Notes under the pieces: model-generated | The model's database searches: none | What the model was told of the DNA's origin: nothing | Seen by the model: only the letters and a program-made list of their open reading frames with translations | Assembly: GCA_965242565.1 (NCBI GenBank) | Contig: OZ251457.1 | Location: 273,119-337,118 of the forward strand | Reading direction: 5' to 3' | Length of the DNA stretch: 64,000 bases | Source of the DNA: Dehalococcoidia bacterium | Lineage (GTDB): Bacteria; Chloroflexota; Dehalococcoidia; Bin125 | Program-made: the position numbers and the translations under genes | In this document: positions 9,376-19,927 of the stretch, piece after piece | Position numbering within the stretch: the stretch's first letter is position 1 | Layout: every line of letters begins with the position of its first letter

Positions 9376-10596
9376 CTATCCGCGGTCGGGCACGCCGTCC
9401 GGGAACTGCTCGGCCAAGAACGCCGCGATCGCCGCCAGCATTTCACGCGCCAGCTCCAGGTCGATCACGAACGGCTCCACATCGATCTGCGTGGTCGGCG
9501 AAAGCGCGATCCCCTCCGGCGGCAGGCCCAGCGCAATCGCGCTCAGGTAGAACTTCATGCTCGCCAGGGTGTAGTCGATCTGGAACCACGGCTGATCGGT
9601 GATCGCGAACAGCACCTGCCCCGAGGCCACCGCCTGGGCTGCTTCGAGCACGCCGATCGACCCGACTTTCACATCGCCGCCGACCGACTGCGCGGCCTCG
9701 GCCGACGGCAGCATCAGCGCGCTGTTGAGCGTCATCGTTGCGCCCACGCCGCCCGCCTCCAGCCGCTCCGTGATCTGCGCCTGCGAGCGCGGAATGTCCT
9801 CCACGCCGACCACGTAGAGCCGCTCCATTTCGCCGCCCGTGTAGGCCGCCTCCAGCGCGTTGCAGCGCTCCTCAAGGCCGCTGTTGTCGCGTTCGTGCAG
9901 GACGCAGAGCACGATCCCCTCCACGCCCGCCTCGTTGAAGGCGTTGCCTGCGTGGCGGCCCACCGCCTCCTCGTCCAGCGACACATGCACCACCACGCCC
10001 AAGCTCTCCGCGTCGGCGCGGCCCGAGTTGAAGGTCAGCACGAACACGCCGGCGTCCTGCGCGTAGCGGATCGCCTCGCGCAGCGCGTCGGCGTTCGGCA
10101 CGCTGGTCGCAATCCCCGCCACGCCGTCGTCCACGCACTCCCGAATGATCTCCGCCTGCTCCGCCCGGTCCGGGCTGCCGTAGACCGTCACGAACAACCC
10201 GAAGTTGGCGCCCGAGAGGATCGCGTTGCTCGTCAAATTCGCCCAGAACTCGTCCGCGAGGCTGCCGTGATGCACCACACAGACCAGAGGCTCCACCGCT
10301 GCTGTGGTTTCGATCACGGCCGCCGTCTCCAGCGTCGAGCTGGTCAGCCAGCGCCCGGTCGGCGCGTCGGCCGGCACGAAGCGCCGCTCCGGCAGATCCC
10401 GCTCGCTCCACGATCCGTCCCTCAACAGCTCTTGCAGCGCCACCTCGACCCGCCCGTCGGCGAGCCGCTGCGCCGCGATCCGCACCTGCTCGCCGCCGTG
10501 CGTCGCGGCGAACACCCCGCCGACCGCGACTCCGCCCAGCACGAACACCAGCAACATCGCGACCATCTGCCGCAGCTTCGGCATCGCAACCCTCAT
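9376..10596 (-). CDS. Sugar-type ABC substrate-binding protein with an extra N-terminal domain
   Basis: Signal peptide; VVHHG..DEFW, FVLTFNSG, FAITDQPWFQ resemble type I periplasmic binding proteins; N-terminal VRIAAQRLADGRVEVAL..GRWLTSS module. Confidence 0.85.
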   Translation of the reverse strand: MRVAMPKLRQMVAMLLVFVLGGVAVGGVFAATHGGEQVRIAAQRLADGRVEVALQELLRDGSWSERDLPERRFVPADAPTGRWLTSSTLETAAVIETTAAVEPLVCVVHHGSLADEFWANLTSNAILSGANFGLFVTVYGSPDRAEQAEIIRECVDDGVAGIATSVPNADALREAIRYAQDAGVFVLTFNSGRADAESLGVVVHVSLDEEAVGRHAGNAFNEAGVEGIVLCVLHERDNSGLEERCNALEAAYTGGEMERLYVVGVEDIPRSQAQITERLEAGGVGATMTLNSALMLPSAEAAQSVGGDVKVGSIGVLEAAQAVASGQVLFAITDQPWFQIDYTLASMKFYLSAIALGLPPEGIALSPTTQIDVEPFVIDLELAREMLAAIAAFLAEQFPDGVPDRG

Positions 10597-10785
10597 CTCT
10601 CTGCGCGCGCCGCAGCCAATCAGCCGCAGCCGCCTGTAAGGTAACGCACCAAGCCTGAGTTGCCGACTCGAGCGCCGGCGACGCGCCCTCTCGCCCCCCC
10701 TCGCACGCGCGGCGCGAGTGCGCTATCCTACCCGCGACGCACATTCAGGCGGCGCAAGCAGCGCCGCCGTGAGAGGAACAACACG

Positions 10786-12090
10786 ATGGAACTCCAGAAC
10801 GTAGTGATCGTCGACGGCGTGCGCTCGGCCTTCGCCCGCGGCGGACGCGGCGCCTTCACCGCCACCCGCCTCGACGACATCGGCGTCCAGGTCCTGCAGG
10901 AACTGCTCAGCCGCTACCCCCAGGTCGCACCCGAAGACATCGAAGACGTCGGCATGGGCTGCGTCGGCGGCGTCGCCGAACTCGCCGGCATCGGCGCCAA
11001 CCACATCGTCCGCCTCGCCGGCCTGCCCGAATCCGTCTGCACCTTCGACTCCAACCGACAGTGCGGCTCCTCCATGGAGACCCTCCACCGCGTCACCCAG
11101 GAAATCATGGTCGGCGCCATCGACGTCGGCGTCGCCCTCGGCGTCGAGCGCATGGGTCGCCAACTCGGCGGCGGCGGCGGCGCCGAACCCACCCGCATCA
11201 CCGAGTTCAACCAGGCCCGCCACGACCAGAACGACATGCAGCGCAACCTCGCGCGCGACCACGACGACTACTTCTCCGTCCCCATCCCCGACGCCATCCT
11301 CGACTCCTCGCCCGTCTGCTCCATGCTCCAGACCGCGCAGAACGTCGCCGAGATGTACGACATCAGCCGCGAAACGCTCGACGAATTCGCCGTCGAGAGC
11401 CACCGCAAATACGGCGAAGCCCTCGCCGCCGGCTTCTACAAGGACGAAATCGTCCCCGTCGAGGTCGAACTGCCCGTCTTCGACGACGAAGGCAACCTGC
11501 TGCTCGACCAGCGCGGCGACAAAAAGATCGTCGACGTCGACGAAGGCTTCCGCCCCGGCACCAACTTCGAGGGCCTCAGCCAGCTCCGCACCGTGCGCGG
11601 CACCGTCTCCCATCAGGAGCAGGAAATCCGCATCACCGCCGGCAACTCCTGCCCCACCAACGACGGCTTCACCGCCGCCCTGCTGATGAGCGAGCGCCGC
11701 GCCGACGAACTCGGCCTCGAGCCGCTCGCCCGCATCGTCGGCTTCGGCGTCGGCGGCGTCAAGCCGCAGGTCATGGGCCTCGGCCCCATCCCCGCCACCC
11801 GCAAGGCGCTCAACCACGCCGGCATCGACGCCTCCGAAATCGACCGCGTCGAGTTCAACGAAGCCTTCGCCGCCCAGGTCATCCCCTCCGTGCAGGAACT
11901 CGGCATCCCCATGGACCGGGTCAACGTCAACGGCGGCAGCCTCGCCATCGGCCACCCGCTCGGCGCCACCGGCACCCGCCTCGTCGCCACCGTCGCCCGC
12001 GAGCTGCGCAACAGCGGCACCCGCTACGGCCTCGCCACCCAGTGCATCGGCGCCGGCATGGGCATCAGCACCATCCTCGAAGCCGTCTAG
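10786..12090 (+). CDS. Acetyl-CoA C-acyltransferase (thiolase)
   Basis: NRQCGSS, NEAFA, GHPLGATG, CIGAGMG; RBS gagagga upstream of ATG 10786. Confidence 0.95.
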   Translation: MELQNVVIVDGVRSAFARGGRGAFTATRLDDIGVQVLQELLSRYPQVAPEDIEDVGMGCVGGVAELAGIGANHIVRLAGLPESVCTFDSNRQCGSSMETLHRVTQEIMVGAIDVGVALGVERMGRQLGGGGGAEPTRITEFNQARHDQNDMQRNLARDHDDYFSVPIPDAILDSSPVCSMLQTAQNVAEMYDISRETLDEFAVESHRKYGEALAAGFYKDEIVPVEVELPVFDDEGNLLLDQRGDKKIVDVDEGFRPGTNFEGLSQLRTVRGTVSHQEQEIRITAGNSCPTNDGFTAALLMSERRADELGLEPLARIVGFGVGGVKPQVMGLGPIPATRKALNHAGIDASEIDRVEFNEAFAAQVIPSVQELGIPMDRVNVNGGSLAIGHPLGATGTRLVATVARELRNSGTRYGLATQCIGAGMGISTILEAV

Positions 12091-12118
12091 CCCGCGGCAG
12101 CCGACCACCGCGCACCCC

Positions 12119-12150
12119 AGAGGGGGCGGCCCACCCAGGCCGCCCCCTCT
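12119..12150 (+). terminator. GC-rich hairpin after thiolase (probable terminator)
   Basis: 13-bp stem agagggggcggcc / ggccgccccctct; no clear U-tract. Confidence 0.55.
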
Positions 12151-12160
12151 CCGCACTTGC

Positions 12161-12217
12161 TTGAACGCACGTACAGTTGTGCTACATTGGTTCCGAACCG
12201 ACACTCGGTTCGAAACC
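12161..12217 (+). promoter_or_regulatory. Putative sigma70 promoter and inverted-repeat operator upstream of the RM cassette
   Basis: TTGAAC(12161)-16 bp-TACATT(12183), followed by the inverted repeat cgaaccga-cac-tcggttcg (12194-12212). Confidence 0.45.
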
Positions 12218-12294
12218 GGATGCGCAATATGTCAAGCTCGCACAAGCTCAACGACCACCAGACTGCCTACCGGTTTGACCGCTACCCTGCGCCA

Positions 12295-13389
12295 ATGACC
12301 GACACGACCTTTCGTTTCATCGACCTGTTCGCCGGCATCGGTGGCTTCCGCATCGCAATGGAGGCCGCTGGCGGTGAGTGTGTCTTCACCAGCGAGATCG
12401 ACCGCTGGTGCCGGGAGACCTACACCGCCAATTTCGACACCAATCACCCGGTGCGCGGCGACATCCGCGAGGTCCACGAAGACGACATCCCAGACTTTGA
12501 AGTGCTCGTTGCCGGCTTCCCCTGCCAGCCGTTCTCGATCGCCGGCGTGTCGAAGAAGCGGGCGCTCGGGCAGCCCGAGGGCTTCGCCTGCGACACACAG
12601 GGCACGCTGTTCTTCGACATCGCACGCATCCTCGCTGCGCGCCGCCCACGAGCGTTCCTGCTGGAAAACGTCCGCAACCTCGTCAGCCACGACGGCGGCA
12701 GGACGTTCGCCGTGATCCACGAGACGCTCGAACGCGAGCTCGGCTACGAGGTCCACTGGCGCATCCTCAACGCGAAGCATTGGCTCCCCCAACACCGCGA
12801 GCGCATCTTCGTCGTGGGTTTTCGCGAGCCAACGGCATTCGACTTCAACGACTTGTTGGTCCCGGATCTACCGGGGCCGACAATCGGCAGCATCCTCCAC
12901 CCGGAAGACGGGAGCGAGCAAGGTGGCGAGCCGTACGTGAACGGGCCAAGGGGAAAGGTCGATCAGAAATACATCCTCACGAAGCACCTGTGGGATTATC
13001 TCCGCGCATACGCGCGACGCCACAAGGCGCGCGGTAACGGCTTCGGTTTCGGCTTGGTCGGTCCTGACGACGTGTCACGGACGCTTTCTGCCCGGTACTA
13101 CAAGGACGGTTCAGAGATCCTCGTGAAGCGTGGTCTGCGGGGTCAAGCACGCCCGCGACGTTTGACCCCCCGCGAGTGCGCACGGCTGATGGGTTTCGAC
13201 GAACCGCTGGGAAGCAAGTTCCAGATCCGAGTGTCTGACGCGCAGGCGTATCGGCAGTTCGGCAACGCCGTGGCCGTTCCCGTCGCAACGGCCGTGGCGA
13301 ACCTCCTACAGGCGTACTTGCCGCCAGCGCAGCCGACCAATGAGCAACTGGCGATGTTCAGTCGAGAGCGAGAACTCGCATGGACATAG
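12295..13389 (+). CDS. dcm: DNA (cytosine-5) methyltransferase, Dcm/M.EcoRII-like
   Basis: [44 protein letters not shown] (Dcm-type TRD), YRQFGNAV. The start could be further upstream (12220/12229). Confidence 0.92.
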   Translation: MTDTTFRFIDLFAGIGGFRIAMEAAGGECVFTSEIDRWCRETYTANFDTNHPVRGDIREVHEDDIPDFEVLVAGFPCQPFSIAGVSKKRALGQPEGFACDTQGTLFFDIARILAARRPRAFLLENVRNLVSHDGGRTFAVIHETLERELGYEVHWRILNAKHWLPQHRERIFVVGFREPTAFDFNDLLVPDLPGPTIGSILHPEDGSEQGGEPYVNGPRGKVDQKYILTKHLWDYLRAYARRHKARGNGFGFGLVGPDDVSRTLSARYYKDGSEILVKRGLRGQARPRRLTPRECARLMGFDEPLGSKFQIRVSDAQAYRQFGNAVAVPVATAVANLLQAYLPPAQPTNEQLAMFSRERELAWT

Positions 13390-13832
13390 TCTCGCCTGAA
13401 ACGCGCAGCCGCATGATGTCGGGCATTCGTACGCGCGACACCAAGCCCGAAGTCCTTTTCCGCAAAGGGCTGCATCGTCGTGGCTACCGATATCGGCTAC
13501 GATCGCAGCACGTACCGGGCAAGCCCGACTTTGTCCTGCCAAAGCATCGAGTCGCGGCCTTCGTCCACGGTTGCTTCTGGCATCGTCACGAGTGTCACCT
13601 GTTCAAGTGGCCAAGCACGCGGCCGCACTTCTGGCGGGCCAAACTCAACCGAAATCAAGAGCGGGACTCAGAGGTCACCGAGGCCGTTGATGCGGCAGGT
13701 TGGCGGCAGTTGACGGTCTGGGAATGCGCGTTGCGCGGGCCCTACCAGATCGGACTGGGGTGTGCCTTGGACCGAACTGAGCGCTGGTTGACGTCAACTT
13801 CACGCAGACTCGAAATCCGGGGAGCAAAATGA
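13380..13832 (+). CDS. vsr: Very short patch repair endonuclease
   Basis: [36 protein letters not shown]. Confidence 0.95.
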   Translation: MDIVSPETRSRMMSGIRTRDTKPEVLFRKGLHRRGYRYRLRSQHVPGKPDFVLPKHRVAAFVHGCFWHRHECHLFKWPSTRPHFWRAKLNRNQERDSEVTEAVDAAGWRQLTVWECALRGPYQIGLGCALDRTERWLTSTSRRLEIRGAK

Positions 13833-15031
13833 GCGTTGACGCACTGCGCCGTTTCCTCGATCTTTTGGCCGACGAGCAGAATGTCAGGTGGTGGCTGAAG
13901 CGGTTGTCGGCCAACGATACACAGCAGACAGGCGGACACCAAGCCGGCGCCTACGTTCCCAAGGACGTGATCTTCAACGTGATCCCGGAGCTCAGGCGTG
14001 AATCCGAGTACAACCCGTACGAGCATCTCGATACGACAATCGAGTCACACAGCCACACGACAACCGCTAAAGCGATCTGGTACAACAACCGACTGCACGG
14101 TGGTACTCGAAACGAAGCTAGGATCACTGGGTGGGGCGGACGCACGTCGCCGCTGCTGGATCCTGACCTGACGGGAGCCGCAGCACTGTTCGCCTTTGGT
14201 GGCCGATCTGATGAGCGATGGTGCCGTGTGTGGGTCTGTGAAACGGAAGACGAGACCAACCTTGCCGAGGAACGGTTCGGCACGATTGAGCCGGGGCATG
14301 GTCTCGTGTTCCCTCCGCCGCAGCAAGAACCACCTGTCGGTGGGTGTGGTTTGGATGACGCCGACATTCCACCCGGATGGATCGCTGAGTTCCCGTCGCC
14401 GAACGACATCTTGGAGCGCTCTTTGGCAATGCGCCCGCAGTTTTCGTCCTTGGGCCCCGATCGGCGACTGCTCAAGCGCCGTGAGTGCGAATACGAACTG
14501 TTCAGGAGCATCGAACGAGCTGTCTGGCTTCCGCACATCAAAGAGGGATTTGCGTCCCTCAACTCGTTCTTGGCGGTTGCGCAAACGATCCTTCAGCGTC
14601 GCCGATCCCGATCGGGTCGATCGCTGGAACAGCACATCCTGCGCATCTTTGCGGAGGCAGGGATGATCGAGAGCACACATTTCGATGTGCAGGTCGAGAC
14701 GGAACCCAAGCACCAACCCGACTTCCTCTTTCCGTCGGAAACTGCGTATCACGACGACAGCTTCGATCACCGCAACCTCAGGATGTTGGCGGTCAAAACC
14801 ACACTCCGCGAGAGGTGGCGGCAGGTGCTGGAAGAGGCAGATCGGATCTCCACAAAGCATCTTCTGACGCTGCAAGAGGGAGTGTCACAGGCTCAGTTCG
14901 AGCAGATGCGCAGGGCCGGCATCGTCCTCGTCGTTCCCCAGCCCCTTCACAAGCGCTACCCAGAACAGGTCCGCGCTGAACTCCAGACCCTCGCTGGTTT
15001 CATTGCTGAAGCGAGCGCACTGTCGGCATAG
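13829..15031 (+). CDS. Type II restriction endonuclease, EcoRII-like (effector plus catalytic domain)
   Basis: KRLSANDT..TGGHQAG.Y, YNNRLHGGTRNEARIT, RRSRSGRSLE, PDFLFP, AVKTTLRERWRQVLEEA, HLLTLQEGVS; ATGA overlap with vsr. Confidence 0.92.
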   Translation: MSVDALRRFLDLLADEQNVRWWLKRLSANDTQQTGGHQAGAYVPKDVIFNVIPELRRESEYNPYEHLDTTIESHSHTTTAKAIWYNNRLHGGTRNEARITGWGGRTSPLLDPDLTGAAALFAFGGRSDERWCRVWVCETEDETNLAEERFGTIEPGHGLVFPPPQQEPPVGGCGLDDADIPPGWIAEFPSPNDILERSLAMRPQFSSLGPDRRLLKRRECEYELFRSIERAVWLPHIKEGFASLNSFLAVAQTILQRRRSRSGRSLEQHILRIFAEAGMIESTHFDVQVETEPKHQPDFLFPSETAYHDDSFDHRNLRMLAVKTTLRERWRQVLEEADRISTKHLLTLQEGVSQAQFEQMRRAGIVLVVPQPLHKRYPEQVRAELQTLAGFIAEASALSA

Positions 15032-15036
15032 TCGCG

Positions 15037-15507
15037 ATGGAATTCCTATTCGTCCTCACAGCGCTGATCTTCCTCGCGCTGCTCTGGCGGCTCATCCCCA
15101 AGCCCGACATCGACCGGCCCCACCTCATCTCCACGCCCAGTGCCCGCGGCGGGCTGACGTTGCGCGGCGTGCGCAACGTGCTCGTGGCGCTATTCATGGT
15201 TGGAGTGATCCTGAGCGCCTACCTCGATCCCTCGGAGGCCGGCAACGAGAGCCGAGGAGCGATGATCGGCGCGTTCATCTTCTGGGGCGGCGCCATCCTG
15301 ATGTTCCGCACGCCGAACCTGATTTCGGAGAGCACGGGCTTCGGCTCTTCCGGCGCCTCTGCCCCCAACCCTGCGGAGAGCGGCGGCTACCAGCTGCAAT
15401 GGGGCGACCGGACGGTCACCTACGACCTGCGCGGCGCAGCAGAGCGCTGGGTCACCCGAATCGCCTTCTGGTTCATGCTGATCAACGCGCTCGCAGTGGT
15501 GCTCTAG
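15037..15507 (+). CDS. Hypothetical membrane protein
   Basis: Four hydrophobic segments; starts 5 bp after the REase stop. Confidence 0.7.
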   Translation: MEFLFVLTALIFLALLWRLIPKPDIDRPHLISTPSARGGLTLRGVRNVLVALFMVGVILSAYLDPSEAGNESRGAMIGAFIFWGGAILMFRTPNLISESTGFGSSGASAPNPAESGGYQLQWGDRTVTYDLRGAAERWVTRIAFWFMLINALAVVL

Positions 15508-15609
15508 CGAGGCGTTGAGGCAGCGAACCCGGACGCGCTGGCCTACCATCGCAAGCGCATCTTCCTCACCTCTACGTAGGTCGCCACCGGAACGCGCCAA
15601 AGGAACGCC

Positions 15610-15837
15610 ATGCCCGACACCCTCGTCACCGTCATGATCATCGTCATCATCACCGAGCTCATCTGCCTCGGCGTCTTCTGGAAAGCCAACCTCATCCCCG
15701 ACTTCGATCTGGAGGTCTACATCCCGCTGCCCGGCGGCTCGGGCCTCACGACGACCGCCCGCAAGATCACGCTCACCGCCATCGCCGCCGTGATCGCCGT
15801 CTCCGCCGTCGTCCTGCTCATCGCCGCGCTGACCTAG
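15610..15837 (+). CDS. Small two-TM membrane protein
   Basis: RBS aagga, host-like codon usage, two hydrophobic helices. Confidence 0.7.
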   Translation: MPDTLVTVMIIVIITELICLGVFWKANLIPDFDLEVYIPLPGGSGLTTTARKITLTAIAAVIAVSAVVLLIAALT

Positions 15838-15892
15838 CCGACTACCGCCCCCCGTTCCGCTACCCTGCCCCCAACACCGTCTGGAGGTCCCC

Positions 15893-17881
15893 ATGGTCAC
15901 CGAAATCAAGCCCGACGCCCCCGCCCTGCTCGCCCACCCCCTCGACCCGCTCTCCACCGAGGAAATCGAGCGCGCCTCCGCGCTCGCCAAAGCCCGCGCC
16001 GGCGGCGCCGACTCCATCCGCTTCCCGCTCGTCGCCCTCGCCGAGCCCGACAAGCGCGCCGTGCGCAGCTTCACCGCCGGCGACGCCATTGAGCGGCGCG
16101 CGCTCGCCATCATCTTCAACACCGCCAACGGCGAAACCGCCGAAGCGATCGTCGACCTCAACGCCGACGCCGTCGTCTCCTGGACACCGCGCGACGATGT
16201 GCAGCCCTTCCCCCTGATGGAGGAGTTCGGCCGCGCGCAGGAAACGATCAAGAACGACCCCGAATGGCGCGCCGCCATGGCCCGCAAGGGCGTCACCGAA
16301 GAGCAGCTCAAGACGATCCAGATCGACCCCTGGCCGGCCGGCAACTTCGGCAGCCGCTGGGAGACCGGACATCGCATCCTCAAGGGCATCGCCTACCTGC
16401 GCGACACCGAGAGCGACAACGGCTACGGCCGCCCCGTCGACGGCGTGATGGCCGTGGTCGATCTCGTCGAAAACCGCGTGCTGGAGGTGGTCGAGGAAGA
16501 CGCCCCGCCGCCGCCCGGCTCGGCCTTGCGCTTCGACGGCGAGCACGCCGCCGCACACCCGCGCCAGGACCTCAAGCAGCTCGACATCGTGCAGCCCGAA
16601 GGCGTCTCCTTCACGCTCGACGGCCACCTGCTCAAGTGGCAGAAATGGCAAATGCGCGTCTCCCTCCACCCCCGCGAGGGCCTCGTCCTGCACCAGATCG
16701 CCTACGAAGACGACGGCCGCCTGCGCCCCATCTGCTACCGCGCCTCGATGGCCGAAATGGTCGTCCCCTACGGCGACCCCTCCATCACCCAGTCGTTCAA
16801 AAACGCCTTCGACAGCGGCGAGGTCGGCGGCCTCGGCCGGCTGACCAACTCGCTCGAGCTGGGCTGCGACTGCCTCGGCGAAATCGTCTACATGGACGGC
16901 CACGTGACCGACGAGCGCGGCGGCGCGCGCACCATCAAAAACGCCGTCTGCATCCACGAAGAGGACTTCGGCATCCTCTGGAAGCACACCTACGCCGACG
17001 AAAACGGCCAGCAGTCTTGGGTGCGCCGCTCCCGCCGCCTCGTCGTCTCCGCCATCGCCACCGTCGGCAACTACGACTACGGCTTCTACTGGTACTTCTA
17101 CCAGGACGGCTCCTGGGAGCAGGAAGTCAAGGCGACCGGCATCGTGCAGACCATCTCGATGGCCGACGACGACCCGCAGATCACCCGCCACCGCATCGCG
17201 CCCGGCCTGGGCGGCACCATCCACCAGCACTTCCTCTGCTTCCGCCTCGACATGGAAGTCGACGGCGCGGCCAACAGCGTCTACGAGATCGACACCGTGC
17301 CGCTGCCGCGCAGCGCCGAGTACCCGCTCGGCAACGCCTTCACCGCCCGCGCCACACTGCTCGGACGCGAGTCCGAGGCCGCGCGCTCCGTCAACTCCGC
17401 CTCCGCCCGCCACTGGCGCATCGCCAACGACGCCGCCCGCAACCCGCTGGGCGAGCCGCCCGCCTACATCCTCGCGCCCGGCGAGACGGTCGGCATGATG
17501 GCCGATGAGCAGTCCGCCGTCGGCCAACGCGCCGTCTTCGCCCGCAACCAGCTGCACGTCACCCCCTACGACGACGCCGAGTTCTACCCCGCCGGCGACT
17601 ACCCCAACCAGAGCGAGCCCGGCCAGGGCATCCCCGCCTGGATGGCCGCCGACCGCGCCCTGCAGGACGAGGACCTGGTCGTCTGGTACACCGTCGGGAT
17701 GAACCACCTGGTCTGCCCCGAGGACTGGCCCGTCGCGCCCGTCCACCGCGCCGGCTTCAACCTCAAGCCCTGGGGCTTCTTCGACCGCAACCCCGCGCTC
17801 GACGTCCCGATGCCCGACCACTGCGCGCACGACGAGGAGTCGCATGCCCACGACAACCACTCCCGCAATGGCCACAGCTGA
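15893..17881 (+). CDS. Copper-containing primary amine oxidase 1
   Basis: HPLDPLS, NAFDSGE (catalytic Asp), GNYDY (TPQ motif), HQH and NH..PEDWP Cu ligands, GFFDRNP. Confidence 0.95.
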   Translation: MVTEIKPDAPALLAHPLDPLSTEEIERASALAKARAGGADSIRFPLVALAEPDKRAVRSFTAGDAIERRALAIIFNTANGETAEAIVDLNADAVVSWTPRDDVQPFPLMEEFGRAQETIKNDPEWRAAMARKGVTEEQLKTIQIDPWPAGNFGSRWETGHRILKGIAYLRDTESDNGYGRPVDGVMAVVDLVENRVLEVVEEDAPPPPGSALRFDGEHAAAHPRQDLKQLDIVQPEGVSFTLDGHLLKWQKWQMRVSLHPREGLVLHQIAYEDDGRLRPICYRASMAEMVVPYGDPSITQSFKNAFDSGEVGGLGRLTNSLELGCDCLGEIVYMDGHVTDERGGARTIKNAVCIHEEDFGILWKHTYADENGQQSWVRRSRRLVVSAIATVGNYDYGFYWYFYQDGSWEQEVKATGIVQTISMADDDPQITRHRIAPGLGGTIHQHFLCFRLDMEVDGAANSVYEIDTVPLPRSAEYPLGNAFTARATLLGRESEAARSVNSASARHWRIANDAARNPLGEPPAYILAPGETVGMMADEQSAVGQRAVFARNQLHVTPYDDAEFYPAGDYPNQSEPGQGIPAWMAADRALQDEDLVVWYTVGMNHLVCPEDWPVAPVHRAGFNLKPWGFFDRNPALDVPMPDHCAHDEESHAHDNHSRNGHS

Positions 17882-19826
17882 GCCCGGCGCAGCGGCCGCG
17901 CCCCACCCGCTCGATCCGCTCTCGGCCGACGAAATCGTCCGCGCCTCCGCGATCGCCGCCCGGCACTACGGCTCTCCACCGTCGTTGCGCTTCCTGCTCG
18001 TCGCCGCGCTCGAGCCGCCCAAGGGCGCGCTCCACGACGCGCCGCGCTCCGCCGAACTGCTCTGTCTGGACGCCGAAGCGGGCCTCACCACCGAGGTCGT
18101 CGTCAACCTCGACGCCGGCAGCGTCGTCTCCGCGCTGCCGCGCCCCGGCGTGCAGCCGTTCGCCCTCTTCGAGGAGTACGAGCGCGCCGAGACCGCCATC
18201 CGCGCCGACGCCGGCTGGCGCGCCGCAATGGCCGCCCGCGGCTTCGGCGAGCGCCAAATCGAGCTCGCCTTCCTCCACCTCTGGCCCACCGGCAACTTCG
18301 GCCACAAGTGGGAGACCGAGCACCGCATCCTCAAAGGCATCGCCTACCTGCGCGACGAACCCGACGACAACGCCTACGGACGCCCCGTCGAGGGCCTCGT
18401 CGCCGTCGTCGATCTCGTCGAAAACCGCGTGCTGGAGGTGCTCGACGAACCGTCGCCCCCGCCCGCGCCCACCGCCCTGCGCTTCGACCACGAGCACGGC
18501 GGCGAGCCGCGCCGGGACCTCAAGCCGCTCGACATCACGCAGCCCGACGGCCCGTCGTTCACCCTCGACGGACGCCTGCTCAAGTGGCAGAAGTGGCAGC
18601 TGCGCGTCTCCCTCCACCCCCGCGAGGGCTTGGTCCTGCACCAAATCGGCTACGAGGACGACGGCCGCCTGCGTCCCATCTGCTATCGCGCCTCAATGGC
18701 CGAAATGGTCGTGCCCTACGGCGACCCCTCGGTCGGCCACTACTTCAAAAACGCCTTCGACTCCGGCGAGTGCGGCTTGGGCCGGATGACCAACTCGCTC
18801 GAACTCGGCTGCGACTGCCTCGGCGAAATCGCCTACCTCGACGCCGCCGTCACCGACGAGCGCGGCGGCGCGCGCACGATCAAAAACGCCGTCTGCATCC
18901 ACGAGGAGGATGTCGGCATCCTCTGGAAACACACCTACGAAAAGGGCGACGGAACCGAATCGGCCGTCCGCCGCTCGCGCCGACTGGTCGTCTCCAGCAT
19001 CGCCACCATCGACAACTACGACTACGGCTTCTACTGGTACTTCTACCAGGACGGCTCCTGGGAGCACGAGGTCAAGGCGACCGGCATCGTCCAGACCATG
19101 GCGATCACGGACGACGACCCGCAGATCACGCGCCACAAGATCGGCCCGCAGCTGGGCGCCGTGCATCACCAGCACTTCCTCAGCTTCCGCCTCGACATGG
19201 AGATCGACGGCGGCCCAAACACCGTCTACGAGGTCGACACCGTCCCGCTGCCGCGCAGCGCCGAGTACCCGCTCGGCAACGCCTTCACCGCCCGCGCCCA
19301 GCCGATCGCCGACGAATCGCAGAGCGCGCGCAGCGTCAACGCCGCCGCCGCCCGCCACTGGCGCATCGCCAACGACGACGCCTCCAACCCGCTCGGACAA
19401 CCGCCCGCCTACATCCTCATGCCCGGCCAAACCGTCGCCATGATGGCCGACGAACAGTCGGCCATCGGCCGACGCGCCGCCTTCGCCCGCAACCAGCTCT
19501 GGGTCACCGCCTACGACCCGGCCCAGCGCTACCCCGCCGGCGACTACCCCGCGCAGAGCGAGCCGGGCCAGGGCATGCCCCGGTGGATCGCCGCCGAGCG
19601 CCCGCTCGAGCAGGCCGACGTCGTGCTCTGGTACACCGTCGGCGTCAACCACATCGTGCGCCCCGAAGACTGGCCCGTCGCCCCCGTCCACCGCGCCGGC
19701 TTCGCGCTCAAACCCTGGGGCTTCTTCGACCGCAACCCCGCGCTCGACCTGCCCATGCCCGACCACTGTGCGCACGACGAAGAGGCGCACGGCGACAGCC
19801 ACGGCGCGCAGAACGGGCGCAGCTAA
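17868..19826 (+). CDS. Copper-containing primary amine oxidase 2 (tandem paralog)
   Basis: Same motif set (DNYDY, HHQH, NHIVRPEDWP); overlaps the end of copy 1. Confidence 0.95.
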   Translation: MATAEPGAAAAPHPLDPLSADEIVRASAIAARHYGSPPSLRFLLVAALEPPKGALHDAPRSAELLCLDAEAGLTTEVVVNLDAGSVVSALPRPGVQPFALFEEYERAETAIRADAGWRAAMAARGFGERQIELAFLHLWPTGNFGHKWETEHRILKGIAYLRDEPDDNAYGRPVEGLVAVVDLVENRVLEVLDEPSPPPAPTALRFDHEHGGEPRRDLKPLDITQPDGPSFTLDGRLLKWQKWQLRVSLHPREGLVLHQIGYEDDGRLRPICYRASMAEMVVPYGDPSVGHYFKNAFDSGECGLGRMTNSLELGCDCLGEIAYLDAAVTDERGGARTIKNAVCIHEEDVGILWKHTYEKGDGTESAVRRSRRLVVSSIATIDNYDYGFYWYFYQDGSWEHEVKATGIVQTMAITDDDPQITRHKIGPQLGAVHHQHFLSFRLDMEIDGGPNTVYEVDTVPLPRSAEYPLGNAFTARAQPIADESQSARSVNAAAARHWRIANDDASNPLGQPPAYILMPGQTVAMMADEQSAIGRRAAFARNQLWVTAYDPAQRYPAGDYPAQSEPGQGMPRWIAAERPLEQADVVLWYTVGVNHIVRPEDWPVAPVHRAGFALKPWGFFDRNPALDLPMPDHCAHDEEAHGDSHGAQNGRS

Positions 19827-19927
19827 TCCCCGCGGGCGGACATCTCGAAGCAACGACAGGCGACAATAACGACGCGATCAGGCATAGTGGAGACGAGGCG
19901 CGCGGGAATCGGAATGTGAGGCCTGCG

